A stretch of 64,000 nt of DNA from Octopus sinensis (GCF_006345805.1 NC_043022.1:9424001-9488000), one strand, 5' to 3'; numbered from the stretch's first letter, positions 1 to 12,720 are shown. Numbers and translations are program-made. The notes: generated by a model not told the origin, from the letters alone.

Positions 1-150
1 CTAGATTCAAGATCATTGACCTTTCCTAAAATAAGTTCTTTGAACATCTTCCAATATGCATTCTGGGATAAACAAACGTTAATATAGAGAGAAAGGGGAT
101 CGTATTATAAATGGAAAGCAACAGAGACCTGTTGTAAAAAAAAAAAAAAA

Positions 151-328
151 GGCGCAGGAGTGGTTGTGTGGTAAGTAGCTTGCTAACCAGCCACATGGTT
201 CTGGGTTCAGTCTCACTGTGTGGCATCTTGGGCAAGTGTCAAGTGTCTTCTGCTATAGCCTCGGGCCGACCAAAGCCTTGTGAGTGGATTTGGTAGACGG
301 AAACTGAAAGAAGCCTGTCGTATATATG

Positions 329-361
<33 letters not shown>

Positions 362-585
362 ATATGTTTGTGTGTCTGTGTTTGTTCCTCTAGCATTGCT
401 TGACAACCAATGCTGATGTGTTTACGTCCCCGTTACTTAACGGTTCGGCAAAAGAGACTGATAGAATAAGTACTGGGCTTACAAAGAATAAGTCCCAGGG
501 TTGATTTGCTTGACTAAAGGCGGTGCTCCAGCATGGCTGCAGTCAAATGACTGAAACATGTAAAAGAGTAAAAAGAGAGAGAGTA
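151..585 (+). mobile_element. tRNA-derived SINE family A, full length, with internal (TA)n/(TG)n
   Basis: Head GGCGCAGGAGTGG(C/T)TGTGTGG...GGTTCAGTC (A/B-box-like) and tail ...CAGTCAAATGACTGAAAC...AAAAGAG. Many copies occur in the window. Confidence 0.85.
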
Positions 586-789
586 TCCATCACTTAACAT
601 CTGTCTTCCATATTAATTTCAAATTTTTCAGCACAAGGCCAGCAATTTTGAAGAAGGGGATAAGTCGATTACATCAACTCCAATACTTAACTTCAAATGC
701 CGACCTTGGCAGCATTTGAACTCAGAACGTAAAGACGGATGAAATGTTGCTAAGCATTTTGCCTGAAGTTCCAAGTGTTATGCATATAA

Positions 790-1310
790 AATTTCCTGCA
801 ACTGTCATGGTTTTAAGGGTTACCAACAATGAAGAACTTGTGATGCCTCCTTACTTCTTTCCACAGAGTTAACTCTGTCACCTACATTGAGGTCCTGGAA
901 ACAATTGTTAAGCCCTGGATAGACAGTGTATGCAATGGAAGGCTATATGTGTTTCAGTAAGACTCTACACTATCACACATGGCTCTAGTAACACAGGAAT
1001 GAATGGCTGAAAATTTTCCTGATCACATAACCCCTAACGTTTGGCCTCCTAATTCCCCAAATCTCAATCCATTGGACTGTTACATGTGGAGCATTGTTGA
1101 GAGGTCAATGAACAAAGATTCTTTGAAAGCTGCCACAATCAGAGTAATGTCCAAAATGAACCAGGACCACTTGATTCAAGCATGTAGATGATTTTGATCT
1201 CATATAGAAGCAGTTGTTGAAGCTATCCTCATAGCATTTTTTGATACATAAAGTACTTATCTGTTATTATATATGTTTTTTATAAAAATTATTGTCCCCA
1301 AATATCTTAT
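790..1310 (+). mobile_element. Tc1/mariner (maT/DD37D-like) transposase remnant
   Basis: Decayed frame contains HITPNVWPPNSPNLNPLDCYMWSIVER, the WPPNSPDLNPLDY motif. Confidence 0.75.
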
Positions 1311-1360
1311 GCACCCTCTCCCTCTATATATATATATATATGTATGTATATATTCTTTTA

Positions 1361-2046
<686 letters not shown>

Positions 2047-2289
2047 GTGGCTTTGTCAGTGAATCCTCTGTGACAGTTGACATTCCACAGCAAGATGAGC
2101 TGCTACGAATCACACTATCCCAACGTGTGGTAAGCATGTGACCGAGGACCATATGTGAACTCCGAACCTAACTACTTGTTGGTTGGAGCAATCTCAATCC
2201 ACCCAGGGTAGATGCCGCTGCAAGTACAAGTATTCATATATATATGGCATTCTTTTGATATAAATATTTTATCCGTCACCCCGTCCCAG

Positions 2290-2730
2290 CTGTTTTAATG
2301 GCGTGTAATATGGCATTTTTTCTTCATATATATTACGAGCAAAACGCCCCCCCACCTCCGTCCAGTGGACGGTGCTGAGTTGTCAAACATTTAAACCAAA
2401 TTTTCTCAAAACGACTTGTCCGACCGTCCCATTTTGTGGCATTATTTCAAGCCAGCCGGCTTTTTTTGGCGCAAACCGCACGTGCATTTTTCTCGCGTAT
2501 GCATAGTAGCGATCGCAACAGCTGATGTACTTGCGCGTACAAATGCACGTTCCCACGGCTTTATCGATCGCATTCTCACCTGGAATCGATTTTTGTAATT
2601 TTTTCAAGACTTATACACGCCCTGATACCGTCGGCATCTACATATCAAATTTGAGCGCAATCGGGTGGAGGATGCCCGAGATCCTAGAAGACACACACAG
2701 AGACAGACAGAACGGATTTTATATAATGGA
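2290..2730 (+). mobile_element. Probable non-autonomous Helitron/Helentron-type element
   Basis: Ends ...AAATTTGAGCGCAATCGG...GAGATCCTAGAAGACACACACAGAGACAGACAGAACGGATTTTATATAAT, a (CA/GACA)n plus TTTATAT terminus typical of DINE-1/HINE-like elements. Boundaries approximate. Confidence 0.45.
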
Positions 2731-3733
2731 TATACATTCAGATGAGCGTAGTCAGGCAATGATTTTCACACAGTATATACTACATGCGTGTGCATGTGTG
2801 TGTGTTGGTTTATAAAACTGAATAAGTTGTTTACTACGCGATCTTATCAATTTCTCGAAACGCTTATCACAAACAAGCATACACATGTATGTGAAGAGGC
2901 CAAAGCTGGATCGATATGAAGTAAAAACAAACAAAAAAAGTGGTGGGTAGAAATGCCATATGGTGTACTTAAGATAAACAGAAGATACACAAGAGTACTG
3001 TGGAGTTTATCGTCATAGGCTGACATTGAAGGACTTCCCATGTCGCAGCAGTCACACAAGTAGCTGGTCGTAAGAATGAATCCTTTCAAATGCCAGGCAT
3101 TTTATCCAATTTTTGCTATACTATCACAATTTCTTTCTCTCTCCCTATATATATAAACACACACATATACCAAGAGAGAAAAGGAGAATTATAAAGAGTT
3201 ATTAGTGAGGGTTTATCAATCAGGGCAAAATACTGAATAAACTCTCTGGGAAAGATTTCCGCCCGTCCCCCATTTTCTCCCAAATTTGTTTATTTTTGTA
3301 AATTTTTTTGCCAAAAACCCCCGTTTTCGGATACGGAGGTTCCGGAAAATTGCCAAAAATCGGCATTGTGAAAATTCCCCACCCATCAACTTCCTCAATT
3401 TTGACTTTATTCCCCAACACTAACCCTAACTCTAAATCTGTTAGTACACCAGCCTAACAATTTTCTTTAGATTAGCTGAAGACCCCACGTATTTCTGTAG
3501 CAAGGTCCGAGGTTTATAGTTCATCACCATTCTTGCGTTGTTATAACCAGAAATGGCTCACACAAAAGTAGCATTAATTGTTCTATGTCGTTCAATTTTT
3601 TTTCTAACAGATCAATGGGTCGATTGAATAAACCTATTAACAACGAACCTATGACTATTGGAAACAGCTGTAGCTCAAATTAAACTAGAAGAAAAAAGTA
3701 TAACGACCATTATACACACACACACACACAAAC

Positions 3734-3800
3734 AGGTAGGTAGGTAGATAGATAGGTAGGTAGGTAGGTAGGTAGGTAGGTAGGTAGGTAGGTAGGTAGG

Positions 3801-3878
<78 letters not shown>

Positions 3879-3885
3879 TTGATAG
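3734..3885. repeat. (GGTA)n/(GATA)n microsatellite
   Basis: Directly visible. Confidence 0.95.
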
Positions 3886-4057
3886 ATAATTTAACGTCCG
3901 TTTTCCATTGCATAAGCACATAATTACACCAACTCTAAAAAATTCTCATAAAAAATAAATTTAATAAAGTAATGAAAAATAGGAGACACTGGTGACGGCA
4001 CCTGATATATAATATAGCCATGTTATGTAATATATCACATAAGATGTAGAAGGTAGC

Positions 4058-4190
4058 TATATATATATATATATATATGTGTGTGTATGTATATATATAT
4101 ATATATATGTGTGTGTGTATATATATATATATAATATATGTGTGTGTGTATTATATATATATATGTGTGTGGTGTATATATATATATATA

Positions 4191-4237
<47 letters not shown>

Positions 4238-4653
4238 TATATATCTATATATATATGTGTGTTATATATATATATAATGTGTATATATTATATATATGTG
4301 TATATATATATATGTGTGTATATATATATAATGTGTATATATATATATATGTGTATTATATATATATATATAGTGTGTATATATATATATATGTGGTGTA
4401 TATATATATATATATTGTGTATATATATATATTATGTGTATATATATATATATATGTGTATATATATATATATCTATATATATATATGTGTGTATATATA
4501 TATATATGTGTTGTATATATATATATGTGGTGTGTATATATATATATATGTGTGTGTTATATATATTATATATATATGTGTGTGTGTATATATCTATATA
4601 TGTGTGTGTGTCTATATATATATATATGTGTATATCTATATATATATATATGT

Positions 4654-4690
<37 letters not shown>

Positions 4691-5160
4691 GTGTGTGTAT
4701 ATATATTATATATATATATGTGTATAATATATTATATATGTGTGTGTATATATATATATATATGTGTATATTATTATATATATGTGTATATATATATATG
4801 TGTGTAATATATATAATGTGTATATATATATTATGTGTATATATATATATATATATATATGTGTATATATATTATATATGTGTGTATATATATATAATAT
4901 ATATGTGTATATATATATATATGTTGTGTGTATATATATAATATATATATATGTGTGTATATATATATATATTATGTGTGTGTGTAATATATATATATAT
5001 AATGTGTGTGTATATATATATATGTGTGTGTATATATATATATATATTGTGTGTGTGTATATATATATATTATGTGTGTGTGTATATATATAATATATAT
5101 ATGGTATATATATATATATATATTGTGTATATATTATTATATATATATATATATATATTA

Positions 5161-5191
<31 letters not shown>

Positions 5192-5195
5192 TGTG

Positions 5196-5228
<33 letters not shown>

Positions 5229-5575
5229 TATATATATATGGTATATATATAATATATATGTGTGTGTGTGTATATATATATATCTATGTGTATATATATA
5301 TATATATTATATATGTGTATATTATATATATATGTGTGTATATATATATATGTGTGTATATTATATATATATATGTGTATATATATATATGTGTATATAT
5401 ATATGGTATATATATATATATGGTGTATATATATATGTGTATATATTATATATGTGTATATATATATATATATGTGTATATATATATTATATATGTGTTA
5501 TATATATATATATATATGTGTATATATATATATATATGGTATATATATCTATATATATATGTGTATATAATATAT

Positions 5576-5618
<43 letters not shown>
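4058..5618. repeat. 1.56-kb compound (TA)n/(TG)n microsatellite field
   Basis: Directly visible. It produces the YIYI/VCVC pseudo-ORFs. Confidence 0.95.
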
Positions 5619-5619
<1 letters not shown>

Positions 5620-6067
5620 CCGTCATTTGCGAACAGGTTTTACAGAATGGAGAATATAAAACGTGTGTGAGAGAGAGAGAGGGGGGATTGAGTGAGAAAG
5701 AGAGAGTGTGTGTGTGTGTTAAGAATGTTGGTTAATTGTCTCAAGGCTGTCGTCTGTTTTCCTAATCTTTTGTAAAACTTGCAGTCCTGTCTGTCAGGTT
5801 GGCCTGGAAATTTTGCAGTCCTAAATGCTTTTAGTTTCAGTTCCGACATTCCAGTCAACCACTTTATTGTTATTTTTTTCCCCCCCAGATATATTATTTC
5901 CAGGACAGATCCCAATTTAGCCATTTGTTATTTAAAAGACAGAAACGATGTGATTTGACGATTTGGTTACTATTTCTAGCAAGACAAGCGACCACATCAA
6001 AGTTCCCTAATTGGTTCGTTTCGTGGTAGGAAACGGGAATATTGCCAGACTGCTAAAATTTTGTAAT

Positions 6068-6366
6068 GGTTGTGGTGGTGGTGATGGTGATGGGGTAGTA
6101 GAAGTAGTAATAGCAGTCGTAGGGATAATAGAAATGGTGAGGCTGGTGATGGGGTGGGCGATAGAAGCGATGGTGGCGAGGAATAGCAGAAGTAGAGGTG
6201 GTGGTGGGGGATAGTAGAAATGGTGGTGGTGCAAGGAATAGTAGTGATGGTTCTGGCGGCGATGGTGGGGAATAGTAGTCGTGATGGTGATGGTGGTGAG
6301 AGGGGGGAATAGTAATAGTCGCGATCAAGGCGGTGGTGGTTGACGGTGGCGGTAGTTGTGCTTGGT
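6068..6366. repeat. Degenerate (GGT)/(AGT) trinucleotide low-complexity tract
   Basis: Directly visible. Confidence 0.85.
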
Positions 6367-6896
6367 GCAAGTTTGTACTTTATCGGTGCTAATAAAGCGA
6401 CATGACGAAGACACCAACACCACAGTATTTCACACCAACTAACCCAGCAGCAAGCAACATTATAGTGACACTATATGCTGTAGTAGTAGTAGTAGTGGGG
6501 GGGGGGTGTTTAACCCGACAGGTTAGCTCTGTTCCTCCACTAGTCTGTAGTAGTAACCGAACAGGTTAGCTCCGTAAGCATGTACCGGCACACCTATACA
6601 AGTGTGTGTGTCCCGACTTTAATAACGACAAAAATTCAATTGAAGCACTGTGGCGAATAAGTGACATAAAGGCCTTCACATATACAATTTTGTAAAGTGG
6701 GCGTTGACGGCTACGAGAGAGCATTATCGGACACAGACTGTGTGTCGTTAGCCAGCTGGAGGAGATGTCTTCCTGGGACTATAACCAACAATAGCATCGT
6801 CCCCTATGGGTCCGCCACATTTAGGTGGCAAAGAAATATACTTCACGATTCCGTGCTGCTACTGTTTACGTCTCACTCAGAGATTTATTATAAATA

Positions 6897-6928
<32 letters not shown>

Positions 6929-6972
6929 CATGGCTATGACACACACACACACACATATGTGTGTGTGTGTGT

Positions 6973-7026
<54 letters not shown>

Positions 7027-7654
7027 AAGAGATGTATCTATATACATGTCTATAGAGACGCGTAAATTTGTAGGGAGATAGATGTAAGTATGTGTATGTA
7101 TATATGTATTCACAGAGAGAGAGAGAGGGGGGGGGGGCTATTCCATATCCGTTTCAAACAACGGCTGAAATTCAAAACCTCAGCTTCGAGCGATTATCAA
7201 ATCCGTGATCTACATGCAAACATGTGTCGGTGCATGAACAAGTGTGTGTGTATGTATGTATGTATGTATGTGTGTGTGCATTCTCCGGATACGTGTATAA
7301 TTAATGAATCCATATTCCGAATAATACATACATACACATTTATGTATGTGCCTTATATCACCATTTAACTGGTGATTCATAATACGTATATATAATGTGA
7401 GTGTTCACACGCATACATGTAGGGGAGTGTACACATGTGTTTTGTGTGAGTAACCCATTTCCTAACATCATACAAGATCAGGAAGTCACATCTGTTCAAC
7501 TGCGTCAAAAAAGCAGTCTCCACCATTTTATAACTAAACAGCTCTGTATGAAGAAAAAAGGCCACGATGCTGAACAGCTGGGGGCGTGTAGCAACGTCAG
7601 GCAAAAGATTCTTGACATATTTCGTGATCCACCATCATTAGTTGGTTCACTCTG

Positions 7655-8180
7655 GTAAAAATGTAACGATCAATGGTCATTATGCTTATTTAAAACTATA
7701 TTTGTGGACGATAGGTTTAAGATGGAGTAAAAAAAAAAAAGGCAAATCTTAATATAACAATACAGTAATAGCATCGTGAATAAAGACACAAGGAGAGACA
7801 TTGGTGGTTCGTGTAGGGGGTTGACTTGGCTATGAAGAAGACTAGGGACTAAAGATTAAATGGTTCATCAATTGATTAATGAATCAATTTTAATATTTGT
7901 GTATGTGTATGTATATACATTAGCTCACATTAGTAAAATGTAACGATCAATGATGATTACTCTTATTTAAAAAATCATATGGGGACGACAGGTTTATGAT
8001 GAAATAAGGTGAATTTTTCTATAATACGGTAGTAATATCATAAGTATAGACAGGCAAACGGCGACACATCCGTGGTTCGTGTAGGGGGTTGACTTGGCCA
8101 TGAAGAAAACTAAGGACTAAAGATTAAATGGTTCATCGAATGATTAATGAATCAATTTTAATCTTTGTGTATGTATGTAT
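7655..8180. repeat. Tandem duplication, 2 x ~278 bp
   Basis: GTAAAA(A)TGTAACGATCAAT starts at 7655 and 7933. Shared 91-bp cores lie at 7804-7894 and 8072-8162. Confidence 0.9.
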
Positions 8181-9213
8181 CAAATTTCGATGAAATGGTG
8201 TTTATCAAACTCTAAATTTTTATTCATTTTAAACATTTTACAATTTAAATTTCAGTTGCCGAGGCAATGACGGATAATTTATAATATAAATGATATTTAT
8301 ATCGAAAGAATATCAAAATCCATTATTGAAACGTTCTGCTATAATAGTTATTTAAATTCTTGTGTGTGTGCATGTATTAAAGTATATTATATTATTGATC
8401 CATTACAGGCGAATATTTATTTATATATATATATATACACACACACACAAACCATAAGGGTGACACAGAATTGACAAGGGAATAAATAAAATATTTTGTT
8501 GATACAGGATTAAAGAATTTCTTAACTTATTTATCGATTTGGTTAATATTTTCTAACAACATATTGTATGATAACGAAAATGATGATGACGATGATGATG
8601 ATTCCAAACATGTAACATAGCTACACCCAAATAAATACTTTGTTGTAACTGTGGGAAGTGGACCGAGTATTTTATAAATCTAAGAGAGGTGGCCGTCCTT
8701 GAAATAGTTAATGTGGCTATATAAGAACCATCAAGGCTATCAACGTGTCAAAAAAATAATGTCTCTCCTTCGTCACACAAACAAGATGTTTAAAAGATGA
8801 AATATGGACAAGTCTTCCCTGCGACACACACACACACAAGATCAGATGTTCCTCTTTGGAGAATGAAATAGGAACTTAAACAGCGTAAATGCCTATTCCA
8901 CTAGCTAGGACTTCTAGGAATATCTTTCACTCACATTTTCACCCTCATATGTGGGTGTGTACACACCCACACATTATTATGTGATCTGAATGGAAGGATC
9001 TCCAGAATAATTAAAGGCATTTGCTCGTCACATATGGATCCTTTTGAAATATAACAGAACATACGGAGTTATTGGTTACACGTCGTAATCAATAAACCAC
9101 ATATCACACAAGTCCAGTGATCGATCGATCGATAGATGATGGTAGATAGATAGAGAGATTGCATCATCCCTTAAAAATTAATAAAAGCCAAGACGTAAAA
9201 TATTAATTTTTAC

Positions 9214-9665
9214 CTCCGTTGTATCTTCTCTTCAGGACTCAGATGTGTTAGCCTTCGTCTTTTACGAGGTGCTCCGTCACTGCCGATCGAACTGGCGTCC
9301 TCATCGTCTGCAACAGTGGTAGATGTTAACCGGAATACGTTCATATTTTCGCTATGTGGACCCAGGACGATTTTCTTGTCTGTCTGCTGTTGCAGTTGTG
9401 TTTGTGATTGTACTAGTTGCTGTTGTTGTTTAGGCGATAGCAGGCTTGTGGTGAATAGGCCGGTCACGTTCGACTGTATTTTACAAACGTTAGGGGCTGT
9501 TTTCAGTATGGGTTTCACAGTGATCACAGATGTTGCAGGTCTGTGTTGGGCGATACCATTCGTGGCTGATGTTGCCACTATGGCAGCACGTCGAACAGTA
9601 CTGCTGCCCCCGTTGGTCGTTATAATTAACGTATCGGGTTTCTGAAACTCGGCTATAGCTGTCAT
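9214..9665 (-). CDS. XBP1: XBP1-like bZIP transcription factor, first coding exon (150 codons plus 2 nt, phase-2 intron follows)
   Basis: ATG at 9665-9663 in context acaaagATG. The frame reads MTAIAEFQKPDTLIITT...GAPRKRRRLTHLSPEEKIQRR, matching the XBP1 basic-region lead-in (human RKRQRLTHLSPEEKALRR, from memory). It ends CGG AG|GTAAAA, a GT donor at 9213-9212, where I recall the vertebrate XBP1 exon1/2 junction lies. The rest of the bZIP is not in the window. Confidence 0.85.
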
Positions 9666-9699
9666 CTTTGTTGATATAAGACAACCAGTAAAAGATGAT

Positions 9700-9723
9700 T
9701 TATATAAATAAATCAACTAGCAT
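9700..9723 (-). promoter_or_regulatory. Upstream ORF (MLVDLFI*) in the putative XBP1 5' leader
   Basis: Minus strand reads ATG CTA GTT GAT TTA TTT ATA TAA. It is out of frame with the main ATG and stops 34 nt before it. It is functional only if transcription starts upstream of 9723. Confidence 0.5.
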
Positions 9724-9862
9724 GTATATTAATCTTTAAACACTCTTTCCAGTCCAGTATGATGTTGATCTGATGTTACTTAATCTGCTTCTTGGAGTAA
9801 ACTGAAAACTAATAAAAATAACGTAAACAAGAAGAGGAAACAGTGGTGAACAAAACGATTTG

Positions 9863-9886
9863 ATTGGTTGCTCAGTATTGACGTCA
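9863..9886 (-). promoter_or_regulatory. CCAAT box plus palindromic CRE (TGACGTCA), candidate XBP1 proximal promoter
   Basis: ATTGG at 9863-9867 and TGACGTCA at 9879-9886, 11 nt apart, about 200 bp upstream of the ATG in unique sequence. An Inr-like TCAGTT lies on the minus strand at 9805-9800. Confidence 0.6.
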
Positions 9887-10389
9887 TGTCATGAACAAAA
9901 CACGGTTAACACTGTTAGGTATGGAACATGCGAAGTACAATATTATTTGGTAACCTAATTGAAAGATGATTCTCTTTCAAGTTTGAATAGTAAATAAATG
10001 TAATTTGTTGGCGTACTCAAGCAACGTTTGTAATCGTGGTTATTGATTGCTTCAGTGTTATTATATGTAGTTTATAGAGATAAGAGAACAAAAGGACAAG
10101 ATGTGAAACTAATATATCATTGCTGACGTCCAATGATTGATCGTCTGTTATGTCTACCGGAGGTGTGGGATCAAATCCCACGGGTAGCCTTCGACTTTTT
10201 CTATCCAAAAGTATATTATCTACAGCTTTATGTACTTCGAGATTAACAGTTCCAAAAAAAAAGAAAGAAAAAGAAACAAAGAATTAATACTTCGTTATTT
10301 CTTATTAAGTAGAAAGTTACAAAGAATGACTCGTGGGACCAGAGTTTCATACATGGACACTGAACAAAATAACTTAAAACTGAAAGTAC

Positions 10390-10446
<57 letters not shown>

Positions 10447-11049
10447 TATGTATGTATATATATATATGTATGTATGTATGTAACTTTTTAACATGGATTG
10501 TTACTGCATCAACAAGGAGATGAAAGGAAAGTTGGATGAATAGATGAGAAAAATCGTTGTTTTCAACGAATCATATGATCTTCTAACAATAATGTTATAA
10601 GATCATACTGGACACAACTGTTCAATGGAGAACGATAGTACGACAAGTCATGTAGGGACTTGATTAGACAAGTTCTGTATATATATGTGATAGAGAGAGA
10701 GAAGGAGGGAGAGAAAGGGATAAGTGAATGAAGACGAGTTTCAACTGACTTAGTGTAGTCCTTAAACAAATAAGAGTTTAAATCATCCGTGTTGCAGACA
10801 CTTGGTGAGTATTTGGTGAGTCTGGTTGCCAACATCAGCTAATATCGGTTTCAAAATTTTGGCACAAGGCCAATAAATCAAGGAAGATGGGAGATAAGTC
10901 GATTTCATCGACACCAGTGCTCAACTGTAGAGGCACATGGTTTAGTAATTCGGGTGTTGGACTCATGAGTTCAAGATTGTGGCTTCGATTCCTGGACCGG
11001 GCCATTTCCATCATGGTTCTCTTCTCCAAGCTTCAACAATGTGCAGCAG

Positions 11050-11730
11050 CAGTGGCGGCTCGTGTATTGACACTGCGGAACTACACCACCCCTATTTCCA
11101 CTCGATATTATCAATAACATTCAATATAATGGGTCCTTTTTTCTTTAATTCTTTCTTTATACTTGTACATTATATAATCCTTAAGCTTAATGTCAGTAGC
11201 CATCCCCAAGTTTATGAAAAATATACAAAAACATTTGTATAGAACTGTGCGCTTCACAGTTCCAGCGACGTGGTGTTTGGCATGCTCACATGTTCGAGAT
11301 AGGAAGTTTCACGCTAGGGAGAGAGAGTACTATGGTCCACGCACTGCTGGTGAAAGGTGGTGTTTCTTTTTGACTCTGCGTGTGTTGTGCTTAAAAACGT
11401 GTTTATATTCTTGAATGTGATAAAAAGAAGAATCAGATTATTATCCTGCTTATAGCTTATGTGTTGCTGCCAGGATCTAAAAAGTAGGGCAGATTTTTCC
11501 CCCTTAATTTTGTGATTTAGGGAGGATTTTTGAAAAACAAGGGGGAATTCGCGGCGGTGTTCAGTGAACAAATTAAACACACTACCCAGCAATGGCTAAA
11601 ACGCGAGCCGATCAAGTTTATGTATAACTATTCCTTTTATATGTTTGTTTCCTTTTACACAATATTAAAACCCCGGCTAAAATTTTTCTGAAGCAGCACC
11701 CCAACGAATTTTATCTACAAGTCGCCATTG
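11050..11730. mobile_element. hAT-type MITE, 681 bp
   Basis: TIRs CAGTGGCGGCT and AGTCGCCATTG. Perfect 8-bp TSD TGCAGCAG at 11042-11049 and 11731-11738. A second copy lies at 32543-33512. Confidence 0.8.
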
Positions 11731-12104
11731 TGCAGCAGTATTTGCATCCGCATTTTCCTTTTCCAGGTAGCTCATGTTTTAAACCAACGTAGTAAATCTT
11801 TTACTGTTCTGATAACCAGTAAATCTGTGATAATTTACTGACATATATGCACAGTTTTTCTATCAATAAAATTTATTTGTACGTTTACGAATTTGCTTAT
11901 TTTATGTTAGACGCCACCAGCTTGATCAGACATTCAATTGAAAGACACAGCATCATTCTTTGTAACGATCTGCCTCGCAAAGGTGGTCTTCAGTTAACAC
12001 ACAAAAATGCAAGTTCACGACAAAGGCATGATGGTCATATGGTAAACAATAACAAGCAATGTAGGCATTCGTTACTACCACCTGCCCTTTCAGGAACACC
12101 TTCC

Positions 12105-12543
12105 GGATCTTTTCGGTTTGAACGGCAGTTTTTTCTAGCGGTGTCATATGAAATTGTCACCCATAATTATGACCCTAGTATCGATCTATTGCATTTCAAT
12201 CTGTTTTAGGGTTAGGGTTAGAGTTAGGGTTAGTTAGGGTTAGGGGTGGGGGGAAGGGTATCTTTTTTTCTTCACAAATGTAAATAAACCCAATCTGTTT
12301 CTTAAACGAGGGACATATTCATACGGCACAGAATGTTTTCACCTCAATAGACGTTATTGATTGGTTGAAATTGCAGAAATTGAAGAAAAAAAACAACAAA
12401 TATCTTACAAACTATAGAATTTTCTCAAGAAAGCCAAGAGAAAAAGATGTTTTATAAACACATTCTACCAGTGTACGGAGTTTAAAAGTGTTTAATTACG
12501 TGGAAATTATTTTAAAAAACTGCAGTTCAAACCGAAAAGATCC
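12105..12543 (+). mobile_element. MITE family D (GGATCTTTTCGG TIR, internal TTAGGG), copy 1
   Basis: TIR GGATCTTTTCGGTTTGAAC...GTTCAAACCGAAAAGATCC. TSD CACCTTCC at 12097-12104 and 12544-12551. Confidence 0.9.
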
Positions 12544-12554
12544 CACCTTCCTTT

Positions 12555-12720
12555 TGGCTCATCTCTAGGTAAGACTGTCTACCCTGTTCCTCCCCTTGTC
12601 CCAGTTCCGGTCCATCTGCAGACCGTGAGTGAACCAGATCCAGACCAGTTTAACTTCGTCTGCCCAGCATTCCATGTCCGATGACATGGACCTGTTTTTC
12701 TAGGTGCCGAGCTGCACACC
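12555..12720 (-). mobile_element. L1/Tx1-clade LINE RT fragment
   Basis: Minus strand encodes ...CWADEVKLVWIWFTHGLQMDRNWDKG, resembling the Tx1 RT C-terminal VKxLG(V/I)WF region. Confidence 0.45.

Noticed and set aside
151-230. SINE heads as tRNA genes
   Set aside because: Only A/B-box-like words are present; each continues into a SINE body.
4077-5659. Long ORFs (up to 267 aa) of YIYI/VCVC type, and similar ORFs elsewhere
   Set aside because: Translations of stop-free (TA)/(TG)/(CA) microsatellites, open in several frames on both strands.
5640-5924. Minus-strand ORF containing KLKAFRTAK as a possible XBP1 exon 2
   Set aside because: It lacks NRVAAQTARDRKK and the leucine heptads, and has no phase-compatible acceptor.
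6459-6476. ATTATAGTGACACTATAT resembles the SP6 promoter
   Set aside because: Only 14/18 match with no vector context; it is a short natural palindrome.
10151-10190. Hairpin GTGGGA-TCAAA-TCCCAC resembling a tRNA-Leu T-arm
   Set aside because: No D-arm, anticodon arm or acceptor stem upstream, and the T-loop is non-canonical.
12205-12250. TTAGGG runs as telomere or chromosome-fusion scars
   Set aside because: They are short and lie inside TIR elements with TSDs.
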